Positions 27,875 through 40,331 of a DNA stretch of 64,000 nt are shown here, piece by piece. The notes below the pieces were generated by a model that worked only from the letters and a program-made list of their open reading frames with translations, did not search any database and had not been told where the DNA came from. The first letter of the stretch is position 1, and each line of letters begins with the position of its first letter. Position numbers and translations under genes: made by a program. The DNA is from Eledone cirrhosa (taxonomy: Eukaryota), in assembly GCA_964016885.1 (NCBI GenBank), contig OZ024740.1, positions 68,448,001 through 68,512,000 on the forward strand. Reading direction: 5' to 3'.

Positions 27875-28066
27875 TATAAGCTTTCACCGTATTATTTACT
27901 AAATAAATTTTAGACAGATAGTAGGGTTTGGAACCGTCAGAGAAAGTTAGCAAAAGTTATAGAAAGTTAGCAAATATATTTCAAGTTACGTATATTTTGA
28001 AACATACTTAACTTGACATTTACTTGCCAAGAATGTAGCTTCTAATTTGAATGGAAGGAGATTGCT

Positions 28067-28137
28067 GATGTGTTGGTGTAATGGTAGGACGGTGGTTTGG
28101 ATATCCAAAGATGTGGGTTCGACTCCCATGTACGTCA
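28067..28137 (+). pseudogene. tRNA-like sequence (A and B boxes) inside a repeat unit; not a canonical tRNA
   Basis: tggtgtaatggt A box, gtggg-ttcgact-cccat T arm, wobble-rich acceptor stem, non-canonical anticodon arm, T7 run about 10 nt downstream. Confidence 0.6.
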
Positions 28138-28836
28138 ATACTCATCTTTTTTTCATTTCTCTGAGGGTTCTAAACCCCACTATCAGGCTAAAATTTCTTT
28201 TGTCAAAAAATACGGTGAAAGCTTATATTTCTAATTTTCAAACTCGCTCACTGTTTTCAAAACATACTTAACTTGATATATATGTTACCTCATGAACAAT
28301 CGTAACATATTTTGTAATATCGCAGTAATGAATATGTGAATATCAATATATATATATATATCAATAGGGAGTACGATTGATATTCACATATTCATTACTG
28401 CGAGATTACAAAATATGTTACGATTGTTCAAGAGGTAAGATCTATAATAATTGCTTTATTCCATTTTAACATTCAAGAACAGGACATAGTAATTTAATGT
28501 AGATACACTAGAGGGGTTATTATATTTCACCAACATCATCGATTAACAAAGGCCATCGATCAACGAAGGTAGAGTGTAAAATATGAGCAATTGTAATAAA
28601 ACTATATCGTACTGTTCCATTTTATTTAAGTACCATCTCGTATGCAGTCCCACTCACTATATTTGCATACACATTCACAAATACACATAAACTCATACAT
28701 TCACACACACACGCACAACACACACGTTCACGCACACTCATACACACACACACAACCACATATATATATATACAGAGAGAGATAGAGAGATACTCATATG
28801 ATAGATTCGTAGATGCATAAATATATATAGATTCTT

Positions 28837-28902
28837 TTTCTTCTTCTTCTTCTTCTTCTTCTTCTTCTACTTCTTCTTTCTTCTTCTTCTTTCTTCTTCT
28901 TC

Positions 28903-28934
<32 letters not shown>

Positions 28935-28943
28935 CTTCTTCTT

Positions 28944-29004
<61 letters not shown>

Positions 29005-29240
29005 CTTCTTCTTCTGCGCCCATTTATCTCTGGGAGGATCATGGGAGCAGGTTCTCTAGCACGTCTGCTAGTGGGTCCTGTCATAACATCTATCTTCAAT
29101 TGATCCGGTGTAATCCCCAAACGGGAACACCCTATTTCATGGTCTTTGCAAAACCATCTATCTAGGTGTCTTCCACTATGTCTCCGGCCAGTTATATTTG
29201 GCCGTAAAATCTTTCCTGGGACATTATAACGATATGTGCG
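28837..29240 (-). mobile_element. LINE (RTE-like) 3' fragment with a long (GAA)n tail (28837-29012)
   Basis: ITGRRHSGRHLDRW resembles RTE G.R..GRP..RW; followed by a trinucleotide tail. Confidence 0.5.
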
Positions 29241-29369
29241 CAATATCCGAGCTGTGAACGCTCAATTCAGAGAGAGAGTGTCTCTACATGTAAATACTCT
29301 TATATTGGAGCTATACAATCTATCGAGTATAGTTACTCCAAAGAACCTTCAGAGGACCCATATTTCGGA

Positions 29370-29664
29370 CGTTATAACGAGGTTTTGTCTTTGCATGTAA
29401 TTGTTCTCACACCCCACATAATGACGTATTATCTTCGTTTTTTCCCGTTCATTGCCAGAGAACGTCTCCACGAATCACCTAATTGAATATTAGTCTACGA
29501 CTTCGTTTATGCCTTAAACGAGGTTTTGTCTTTGCGTGTAATTGTTTTCACCGCTCCAAATAATGACGCATTATCTTTGTTTTTTTCCATTTTTATTTTT
29601 TTAGTTTCAGAAGATCCTGTTAAGTGTGAAAGCAGCGATTCTTTGCTTAAACTTTAATCTGTTA

Positions 29665-29672
<8 letters not shown>
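29370..29672 (+). mobile_element. Solo diverged family D pseudo-LTR fragment
   Basis: Reverse-complement match to 26650-27060; ends at (TA)n. Confidence 0.8.
29603..29653 (+). ncRNA. Family D hammerhead (CAGAAGA core), helix II weakened
   Basis: agttt CAGAAGA tcct gttaa gtgt GAAA gca gcgattctt tgc TT aaact. Confidence 0.5.
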
Positions 29673-29721
<49 letters not shown>

Positions 29722-29790
29722 TATGAAGAGAGAAGAAACATTTAGATATAATTAGTAATAAAATGTATCATACCTAAACTGCTCCTAAAT

Positions 29791-29880
29791 TCCTCGACTA
29801 CGTAGTTTCGTGGCATAAACAAAAACAATATATCATAAAGATATAGAGTCCTTGCGAGGTCTGCCGACTTATCAAGAGGA
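29791..29880 (-). ncRNA. Type I hammerhead with a U3-A8 core and large loop 2, family G
   Basis: tcctc TTGATAA gtcggca..(about 45 nt)..tgccac GAAA ctacgtag TC gagga. Confidence 0.75.
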
Positions 29881-30145
29881 TACCTCATTTTACTAGTCTC
29901 AAGAACGCGTCTACACGACGTGAGAAAGAATCCCAAAAGGCGGAGGGGGAGATAGTCACGCGATATAACGGTCGATAAACAGAGCTAAGCCTCTTATAAC
30001 CCCGAAGAAAATACCACGGAGGCGGAGGGGGTATTTATATCGAGGCCGTAGAAGAGGTGGTGAAGAAGGCGAGAAGTATGAGTAATGGAAGCTTTCCAGC
30101 TGTCCCCACACTTCAAAGATTGCTCGACCAGAGGGAGTTATTAAC

Positions 30146-30453
<308 letters not shown>

Positions 30454-30811
30454 ATATATATAATATACATATTCATATATATACATACATACAAACATAC
30501 ATACATGCATACATGCATACATGTATATATCTATCTATCTATATATACATGTGTTTGTGTGTGTGTGTGTAGGGAGAGAGAGAGATAAATAAATAGACAT
30601 ACAAAGAATGAAACAGTGGTTCGGAACTGGTGATATAGTGCTAGAAAAGGAGATGAATTTTAAAGTGAAAAGGACGAGAGATTTCAAAATTACGTTTACA
30701 ATCTCATAATCCTTCAATAACTGTCTTGAATATAAAATTATTTTCCTATAACTTTGTAGCTCGATGTATAAAATACGAAACACACACACGCACATATTTA
30801 TACATATTATA

Positions 30812-30850
<39 letters not shown>

Positions 30851-30893
30851 CAGTAGTAAAAAAAAAAGTATACATATACATATATATATACAC

Positions 30894-30928
<35 letters not shown>

Positions 30929-31711
30929 TGTGTGTGTATGAGGGAGTTTGCGTGAGTTTGTGTCAATCTGTATGAGTGCTATTAATCACGTGTGTGAGTA
31001 TATGTATATATGCATATTTGTACATACATTCATACGTCCAAATGCATTCAGTTATTTCGTTAATTTTATTGTATACACACAATATACACATGTATATAAA
31101 ATGTATGAGATATAAAGAGCCCGATATATACATAAATAAGAAGTAAAGAAAACACTTATGAAAAAAAAAAGGCGCGTATATTCTGAGCAGAATGTATAAA
31201 ATATAAAACCTTCTAAATATTTTTTTTTTCCAGCTGAATTTCTGTAGACGACAAAACGATGAGTCAAATTCACTTTCGTTTTCTCTTTATGTCTCCTCTG
31301 AGATTAAGCTTGGGAATTGACTTGCATATTATTCGAAGAGACTGGCTTTATTATCAATCTATTCAACATAGGTCTGAAGATTCGTCCTTGATAAATAGAT
31401 TTCCACATGATATATTTTCTAACGCTGAGCTAATCTTTTTCCTGATATATTAGAAGAAATGTTTAGGTGGATAACATTTAACATTTTTTTGTATCTAGTT
31501 TCTTTTGCAAATAAAACGAAGACAAAAAAAACGTGCTCGATTGCCTATGTATTGCGATATTGTAAGTTGTGTTTAGTTTATTATACACAGTAATGAAAAT
31601 ATAGTTTTAGTCTTGACAAATTCCATATGCAAATATTCTGTGTTTATGTATGTATGTAATCATATATATGTATACACGTGTACATAAGTAAGTATTTGTG
31701 TGGATGTATGC

Positions 31712-31779
<68 letters not shown>

Positions 31780-31812
31780 ATATACATATATATATAAATA
31801 TAAATATATAGA

Positions 31813-31884
<72 letters not shown>

Positions 31885-33008
31885 GTTGTAACATATATTG
31901 TTTTAATTTTGAAGAGTCATGCTGCCACAAAACCCCAACCACTTGTTGGTTTTCTCTTTAATTTATTAGAAATGTTCAGTCGGTTAGTTTAATAACCGGA
32001 TCGTGGCTTCTTTCTTTCTTGTCAAAACACTTTCGTCACACATTGTCTACCTCCACAGTCATGAATTTGTTATTTTCCTTCCTCTACATCGTTCGATTTG
32101 CTTTCACCATTGGTGTATTATAAATGATATGAGAATTTAAAGCTGAGTAATGGTAAATTATTTTATGATACCAACGCATTGTAATATGGCACGAAAGGAA
32201 TTTCATATTAGAAGCCTACGGAGAGAATGATCATACATTTAAAATATTAGAAACATTCAATGCTATCTAAGGCGGAGAAAATGTTTTGAATTATATAGAC
32301 CGTACTTATTGAAATACAAGAACAAATATTAGCATGCTGCATTACACTCACCCACAGTGGGGAGGCACGAATATTAATCTATAGTCCTGTGGATGACTTA
32401 CCTTTATTTGTGTATATACTTCATCCCTTACCGTTACTCCCACTCTGGTACCTATTTTGTTTTGTTGAGCTTTCATATGACGTAGTCCACCGTATATGTT
32501 TATATATACTAGCAGAAAAATCACCCATGGGGTGGTTTTCTGATAGCATGTGTAATGTGCATATTGATATTATACGCAAATATACATGAATGTAGATATG
32601 ATTAATCAAATAAAATCGTAATTGATAATATGCACAGAAATTGAAGAGAGACTGTGTTACACTCGCTTCTGTAATAAGTAAAGTAATCCATGATACATTT
32701 AAAAAAGGCGATATTATTCATATATATAAACTGCATTACGGCGAAATGGAATGAAAACGAAAAAGGAGAAAATTACCGACAGAAATATAAATGTTATGAT
32801 ATGACGATGCCAATATATGAACGTTTATATAAGCGATGTGATATAGCACACGTTATATCATGACCGGAAGTACTGAGTTTGGAAAATGTTTAAAGAAGTG
32901 AATCTTGAAATATGTAATTATTATATACAAGAATATTTATGTTTAATCAATAACCACGAAATATAGTACCTAAATTATGTAATATTCCTTCATTATTTAT
33001 TCAAATCC

Positions 33009-33310
33009 CGGTGGATTGGCAGTATCGGTTGAGGGTCGGACGCCATGCTTTCCAGCATAGTTACGTCCCTTTACAATCTGAGTTCAAATCCCGCCGAGGT
33101 TGACTTTGCCTTTCATCCTTACGGGGTCGATAAAATAAAGTACCAGTAATGCACTGGGTATTTGCTGGCCTTGTGCCTAAAGTAGAAACAATTATTTATT
33201 CAAATCCCGCCGAGGTTAACTTTGCCTTTCATCCTTACGGGGTCGATAACATAAAGTACCTGTAATGTACTGGTTAATTGCTGGCCTTGTGACAATGGTA
33301 GAAACAATTA
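33009..33310 (+). mobile_element. SINE family S followed by a tandem partial copy (33198-33310)
   Basis: Matches the consensus; attatttattcaaa is repeated at the junctions. Confidence 0.85.
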
Positions 33311-33397
33311 TTTATTCAAAATAATCTAACTTATTTTGATAACGGGATAAAAAATATATTCAGGACACAATCCCGCACTCTTCCCTTTATCATATTA

Positions 33398-33434
<37 letters not shown>

Positions 33435-34012
33435 CGCTGAGATACAACCGGTACTCGCATTGATAAATATGGTGGGTCGGTCAAACCTTATTATTATTAT
33501 CTCCCAACTAGCAGACTATTGAGAGTAAGTTAAACAATTTTTCACTTTTTATTGTGTTTTTGTTTTTATATGAACTCTTTTTTCCTGCTATAATTTTGTC
33601 TCTCACTCTTTTAAGTTGTGAAATAGACTGGTTATCTACACGCGGCTGACACATTTCAGCTCACTACTATATTGCTATATAATGGATGATCGCATTTAAA
33701 GTCCGTTAAATGTTATTGGCACTACCATTGTTACCATTGCTTTCGTCTAGCCATGGGGCTTAGAGACATGAAAATTGCAAACTTGACTGTCACCACATAT
33801 TATGAACCTGAAGATTGCGAAAGCATGAAAGTACTTGTTCAATTAACGCTTAGAATGTAATATTCTATCATACTATTTCATTATAATACCATTATAAATT
33901 TTAAAGGATTGTAAATAAAACGAGTAAATCAGACAAAGTTGGAATTCCTCTTATTAATATAATCTATACACAATCATACACACCCGTGTATGTTTACCTT
34001 ATATATATATAT

Positions 34013-34283
<271 letters not shown>

Positions 34284-35693
34284 TATATATATACAAGTTT
34301 AGGGACAGACGTATATATTGTGTCTTCATCCATACTCATATATATGATGTATATTATTATATGTATGTTCATTGCCTGTATCGAGAAATAAACTTAGCGT
34401 TGAGTTTAACACATAAATATAGAATTTATATGATGAACATATAAATATATAGGGTACGACATAGATCGTTTAAGAAATTATTCAGCATGGATATTGTCTT
34501 CGGCGTCGACATTTGTATAAACCCATCAACTCTTCTATCTAATTCTTCTTATTTAATCATTGTGCGCTATCTTAATTAATCTTATTCTAATCATATTAGT
34601 ACTATATGCTAACATAATCTTCTATTTTAACCACATTAATAAAGAATGTATGTTTTTTTCTGTACAATAATATGATTTCTTATATTCATTGCAATCCAAT
34701 GACAACCACTACTTCACTTTATTACACAAGTGTAGATGTCTATGGGTTTTAGTACGAATTTAAGCGCTTTGGCTGCGAAATCACGAAAAACATGTGTAGC
34801 ACTGGTCTATGTTATTCTATGACTTCCGATGAGTCAATATCCTTTAATAGTTTGGCGAGAAAAAAATAACCACGGCCACAACTTTCGGTAGTTTTCCTGT
34901 ATTTTGCTTCTTCTTATTTACAAGACAATATATTTTCATTGGGCGAAATTTGCCTGCAATTTCTTGAATGTGCAAAAAAGAATAGGCTTTCTCTCATTTG
35001 CTCAATTTCAGGTTTCTATATTCTTGGCGACAATTATGTTATGGGAAACTGTAAATAATTCCGATAATGGAGCGACGCCTAAGTAATTCTGTAAGCCATG
35101 ACTATCCCAAACACCTCACCAGTATAGTATGTTGAGAACTTGATTATCCGTAGGAAACCACCCATTTTTAAAAAGATGACGGAGTGGTATTTGAGAAGAT
35201 GTCGTTGCTTTCTGGAGCGTGTCAAACATAGAATTGCTGGCTTGTTGCCAAATATGTCATACGAGATGTAAACCAATCGGATGATAGAGCGACGGTCTAG
35301 TAACATAGTCAATTAATATTGGTATTGGATAAGTAGAGAAAAATATGATTTCGCAAGAAACAGTAATACATATATGTAAAATAGGTCAAAAGCAATGGTT
35401 CATAGCCATTTAAAATCCTGTTTAAAATATATTGCGGCGACAACACAATTTCAGAAACTACTAATGCAACAAATATGGAAAGTATATTACCAAACTGAAT
35501 ACATCGTATGTTCCGATATATAAACTTATGTAACAAATATAAACAATACAATTTTGAATCAAATGTTAATAGCAACTTAATGATAGAATACGTTTCCATT
35601 CGACAAAGTACGTGCTAGCTTTCAGATAAATGAAAACGTATGTGCGCACACGACGCAACCACACATACGCACATACATACACACGCGCATATA

Positions 35694-35741
<48 letters not shown>

Positions 35742-35861
35742 CGTGAGGTTTTTTTACAAAATGAAAAGAGAACGAGATGTCCTACACGAGTGAAAGTATG
35801 GGGAAAAAAGATGAAATCGAAAATACAACTGGAGCTTTTTTTAAAATATATATTTATTTGG

Positions 35862-35905
35862 TTCCTTTACCGGTTTCGCAATACTTGTGCTTTTCAAAAG
35901 TAGAA
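35862..35905 (-). ncRNA. Minimal type I hammerhead with a U3-A8 core, family I
   Basis: ttc ta ctt TTGAAAA gca caagtat tgc GAAA ccgg TA aag gaa. Confidence 0.65.
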
Positions 35906-36546
35906 TTGAGACGGAGGGTTTGTGGCTTTTCTCGCATCTATCAATCTATCTATCAATCTATAATATATATATATATAGTAAATGTATTGGTTCCTACATG
36001 TAAAACATCCATATAGGGATACAAGTATTGTCCAACCGTATGCCAATGTGGTTCTATGGCAGGTTAATACATTAACAAGCCAGAACATATAAAATCAAGG
36101 TTTAGCTAATAGAGAAAAAGTATTAAAATAAATTTTAAAAAGTTCGTTGCACTTACTATATGTACTTTTAACGCGGTTTCCAATCCCAAAATAAACAGAT
36201 TATCCATGCGGATTTCTATTGAGAAAGAGATTTTCGTCAGAAGGCTTTTCTCACTCGGAGAATATAAAATTCTCGAGTTTAAATCACAAACTGCTGCCAT
36301 ACAAAACTGTTCCCGAATGAGAGTGAATGCGGAAAGTAACAATCTTGTCTAGTGCCGTGTGTAAAGATAGACAGCAGGGCAAAAAGGTCAATGTCCTGCA
36401 ACTAAAAATAGCAGCAGTTCAAACGACCAAAAACTTTTTCAAACTTAGGGGAGAATAGTAATAAAAGTATGTGTTCCTACATGTAAAAAATACATATAGG
36501 GATACAAGTATTGTCCAACCGTATGCCAATATGGTTCTATGGCAGG

Positions 36547-36584
<38 letters not shown>

Positions 36585-36809
36585 AGAATGATACGAAATT
36601 TCATTTCTCACTCTTAGTACGGCACTTACTTAAATGTAAGTATGTATGTATGTATGTATGTATGTATGTATACGAACATACATATATGTATACAGACGTA
36701 CAGTAGTATGTATATATATACATACATGCACACATAAATATATCTGCACGTATCGGTTTACCGAACATTTAGTATTTATTAGACGTTCAACCATTTGGCA
36801 GGAAGGTAT

Positions 36810-36852
36810 ACGATGCTGACGATAGTTAATAAGCTTGAAACTAGTACATCGT
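36810..36852 (+). ncRNA. Type I hammerhead ribozyme, family A
   Basis: acgatg CTGACGA t agtt aata agct t GAAA ctag TA catcgt. Confidence 0.85.
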
Positions 36853-37253
36853 CCCTGTGTCAGTGTTGAACAAAAAGGTGACGCGGTTGCCTAAACACTG
36901 TACCGCGTAATTCGGGCTGTTTGTTTGTTTATAAACAAACAAACCTAGCATTATATATGTGTGCATATATATACGATACGTGCATATATATATATGTGTG
37001 CATGTATGTATATATATACATAGTACTGTAGGTCTGTATACATATATGTATGTACGTATACATACATATTACATTTAAGTATGTGCCGTACTAAGAGTGA
37101 GAAATTAAATTTCGTTTCATTCTATTCCATTTATCCTTTTCAGTGTGCCCGGCCGACTGAACTCACTTGATATGCAAATTAAGCTGCTGAGCCGTTAATA
37201 TACATAAGGAAAGTATATACTTTCAGGCGTTCAACCATCTGGCAGGAAAGTAT

Positions 37254-37296
37254 ACGATGCTGACCATAGCTAATAAGCTTGAAACTATTACATCGT
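37254..37296 (+). ncRNA. Family A hammerhead, probably inactive
   Basis: Core is CTGACCA (G8C) and loop III is ctat. Confidence 0.55.
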
Positions 37297-37532
37297 TCCT
37301 GTGTCAGTGTTGAACAAAATGGTGACGTGGTTGCCTAAACACTGTACGGCGTAATTCGGGCTGTTTGTTTGTTTAGAAACAAACAAACCGAGCATTATAA
37401 TAAATGTTCGGTAAACCGATACGTGCATATATATATGTGTGTTCATGTATGTATATATATACATACTACTGTACGTCTGTATACATATATGTATGTACGT
37501 ATACATACATACTTATATATATATATATATAC

Positions 37533-37760
37533 GTTATTCCGGGTTGAATCGGAGGTAACCACAGTAAGTAAGGTACTCAATACTTTGCAGAGTATAAAAG
37601 TTTTAATATAGCTGAGATTCTACAGGACTAGAACTGTTTCATTCTTTAGAAATCATCCGGAATCACTCGATATGCACATTATTCGATATGCAAGATTCCT
37701 GATGATTTCTAAATAATGAAACAGTTCTAGTCCTGTAGAATCTCATCTATATTAAAACTA
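37533..37760. mobile_element. HHR family E fold-back insertion
   Basis: 37601-37664 is inverted at 37694-37758; homologous to 62152-62335. Confidence 0.8.
37693..37743 (+). ncRNA. Type I hammerhead with a reduced helix II, family E
   Basis: agattc CTGATGA tttctaaataat GAAA cag ttctagtc ctg TA gaatct. Confidence 0.75.
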
Positions 37761-37948
37761 TATATATAGAGAGAGAATTAGTATATTTACCAACATGTGC
37801 GTACAGATGTACACTAATGCTAGCAAATACACAAGTTATGTCATATTACCTAGGTGGTTCAATGCAGGAGGCTGCAGAACAATTATATGAAAGACGTAAA
37901 ATAAGAAAATTTTAAAAATTAAAAATTAACTTACTTACTAAAATGTTC

Positions 37949-38030
37949 ACTCCAACTAATTAATTTCTGTAATGGGATAAAGATAGTTACGCAATGTAAC
38001 CATCGAGAATTCATTACGTCATCAGGGAGT
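37949..38030 (-). ncRNA. Type I hammerhead with an extended helix II, family F
   Basis: actcc CTGATGA c gtaatg..cattac a GAAA ttaattag TT ggagt. Confidence 0.8.
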
Positions 38031-38656
38031 CTATTCTCAGCTAAGTCTCCAGGCAATGCGCGGACACTAGGGACACATATAAAAATAATAATTCGGTGGA
38101 TGGAACAGCTAGCGGGGACTAAATTCCATAGCACTGAAAAAGTTCACTGTCTCTGGCCAAGTGGCAGATTCTAAAGAATCAATCACGTGACACTGAGGTT
38201 AGTCAATTTTTAAGTTTTTAAATTTTTAACATTTTTAAAATTTTCTTATTTTACGTCTTTCATATAATTGTTCTGCATCCTCCTGCATTGAACCACCTAG
38301 GTACTATGACATAACTTGTGTATTTGCTAGCATTAGTGTACATCTGTACGCATATGTTGGTAAATATACTAATTCTCTATATTTACTTCCAAATTATTTA
38401 TTTGTTGAGCAAACTTGCCAAATCCACTACTAAGTCAATGTAGTAGTAGTAAGCTCTTGTTATTATACCATCCCACTCCTTCTGACTAGCCTCAGTGTCA
38501 CGTGATTGATTCTTTAGAATCTGCCACTTGGCCAGAGACAGTGAACTTTTTCAGTGCTATGGAATTTAGTCCCCGCTAGCTGTTCCATCCACTGAATTAT
38601 TATTTTTATATGAGTCCCTAGTGTCCGCGCATTGCTGGAGACTTAGCTGAGAATAG

Positions 38657-38738
38657 ACCCCTTGATGACGTAATGAATTCTCGATGGTTACATTGCGTAA
38701 ATATCTTTATCCCATTACAGAAACTAATTAGTTGGAGT
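38657..38738 (+). ncRNA. Family F hammerhead with a C3U change
   Basis: acccc TTGATGA cgtaatg..cattaca GAAA ctaattag TT ggagt. Confidence 0.55.
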
Positions 38739-38798
38739 GAAAATTTTAGTAAGTAAGTTAATTTTTAATTTTTAAAATGTTCTTATTTTACGTCTTTC

Positions 38799-38868
<70 letters not shown>

Positions 38869-39009
38869 GTATGTATGGGTGTCTGTATATATATATACTC
38901 ACGCAATAACTCACCCACATACATGAACTCACATAAAGTATGAGATGGTATCTTTACATCCTGAGTTCAATTCCCACTATCAGGCATTGGGAGATTGATC
39001 AGATGCTAG

Positions 39010-39420
39010 CATTAAACCCTTGTCCTGAAATACCGTTAAAAACGTACATCTTATGCAAATTCATACAATCTTTCTGTGATACAGTACCTCACGCGTTGAT
39101 ATATGAAACTTATATAACCATCACCCAACCGAATCAAGAGTAGGATAGCAGGACATATGCCGGTAAGTCGGAAGGTCGCTTCAAAATTATCTTCCTAAAC
39201 TACAAAAATACATTTAAACACTCAGATATAGTAACAGTTACAATCATGACTAGTTACATCTCATCCCGCAACAATGCCGGTACGGACCTTTCTATTAATA
39301 GAAAAGTCTGTGAACAATGAAGCCCTGAGCTAAGAAATAAGAAGACATGTAAATTGTGCAAGAAATGAACATATTAACGCGGTACAATCTTAAATAATAA
39401 GACCGGACGGTCAACCGCTA
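39010..39420 (+). mobile_element. Decayed PLE GIY-YIG fragment
   Basis: ALIYETYIT..RTYAGKSEGRFK..NYKNTFKH..TCKLCK. Confidence 0.55.
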
Positions 39421-40003
39421 TATACATCCCATATAACTAAAAAAACTCTTGATAACGTCTAGATAGACATAAATCAGCACAACCCGGCATTCCAAGCTTA
39501 TCCCCACCACTCATTATGAACATATCACTTCTATAATATGTTACTAAGATACCAAGAAGGAAAAAAAGAATCACGCTTTCTTCGGAGCTCAAACCTGTAT
39601 GATATCTATCTAGCGTCACAGAGACACCTAGCTATAAGTTAATTAAACATATCCCTATTACTTTCCAGCCAACACGATCGATTTACAGAACTTTAATAGG
39701 AATAAGTTATTTCGATTTTGCACATGTCTGAGTAAGAGATATTCCACAGATTTAAATTACAATCGAACCAAACAACTTTCCCCTTCCGTACGAACTCTTT
39801 AGTAGAAATATATCCTCGCACCAATAACACATATTTCCAACTGAGGAAATGATGCGGTAATAACTTCTCCAGTGAGACGCGCGTAATTGGCAGTCGACAA
39901 TGTTGCGAATTTAACCGAAGTCTCGTCTCACACACTAAGTTCTCTCCAAATTTTTGAAACACATTTTCTTTACGAAGTTATCCCCTCCCCCATCATATAT
40001 ATA

Positions 40004-40114
<111 letters not shown>

Positions 40115-40281
40115 ATGTATGTATATTCGAAAATGAAAGAAATTCTTGACTACACTAGGATAAATTTGAGAAAGAAGAATAACCACTATATTTTACCAAC
40201 GCTAAAATTCTTATATATTTTTTCAAATATATAATATATATGCATATATATTATATAAAATATATAATATACATATATAGA

Positions 40282-40329
<48 letters not shown>

Positions 40330-40331
<2 letters not shown>

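Larger units (their letters stand above)
36580..37515 (+). mobile_element. Family A retrozyme-like insertion: inverted partial arm (36580-36771) plus about 1.6 tandem units
   Basis: Homologous to 43288-44210 and 50790-51815; flanked by (TA)n. Confidence 0.85.
37770..38803. mobile_element. Family F ORF-less element with a unit of about 537 bp: minus copy 37770-38205 and plus copy 38206-38803 in permuted order
   Basis: Inverted homology; ttacgtctttcatata repeats at 38251 and 38788. Confidence 0.85.

Noticed and set aside
28067-28137. Functional tRNA gene
   Set aside because: The anticodon arm is non-canonical and the acceptor and D stems are wobble- or mismatch-rich; kept only as tRNA-like
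34750-36546. Possible decayed minus-strand LINE with an RNase H-like motif and an 80-bp duplication (35985 and 36468)
   Set aside because: Motifs are too eroded to support a call without a profile search
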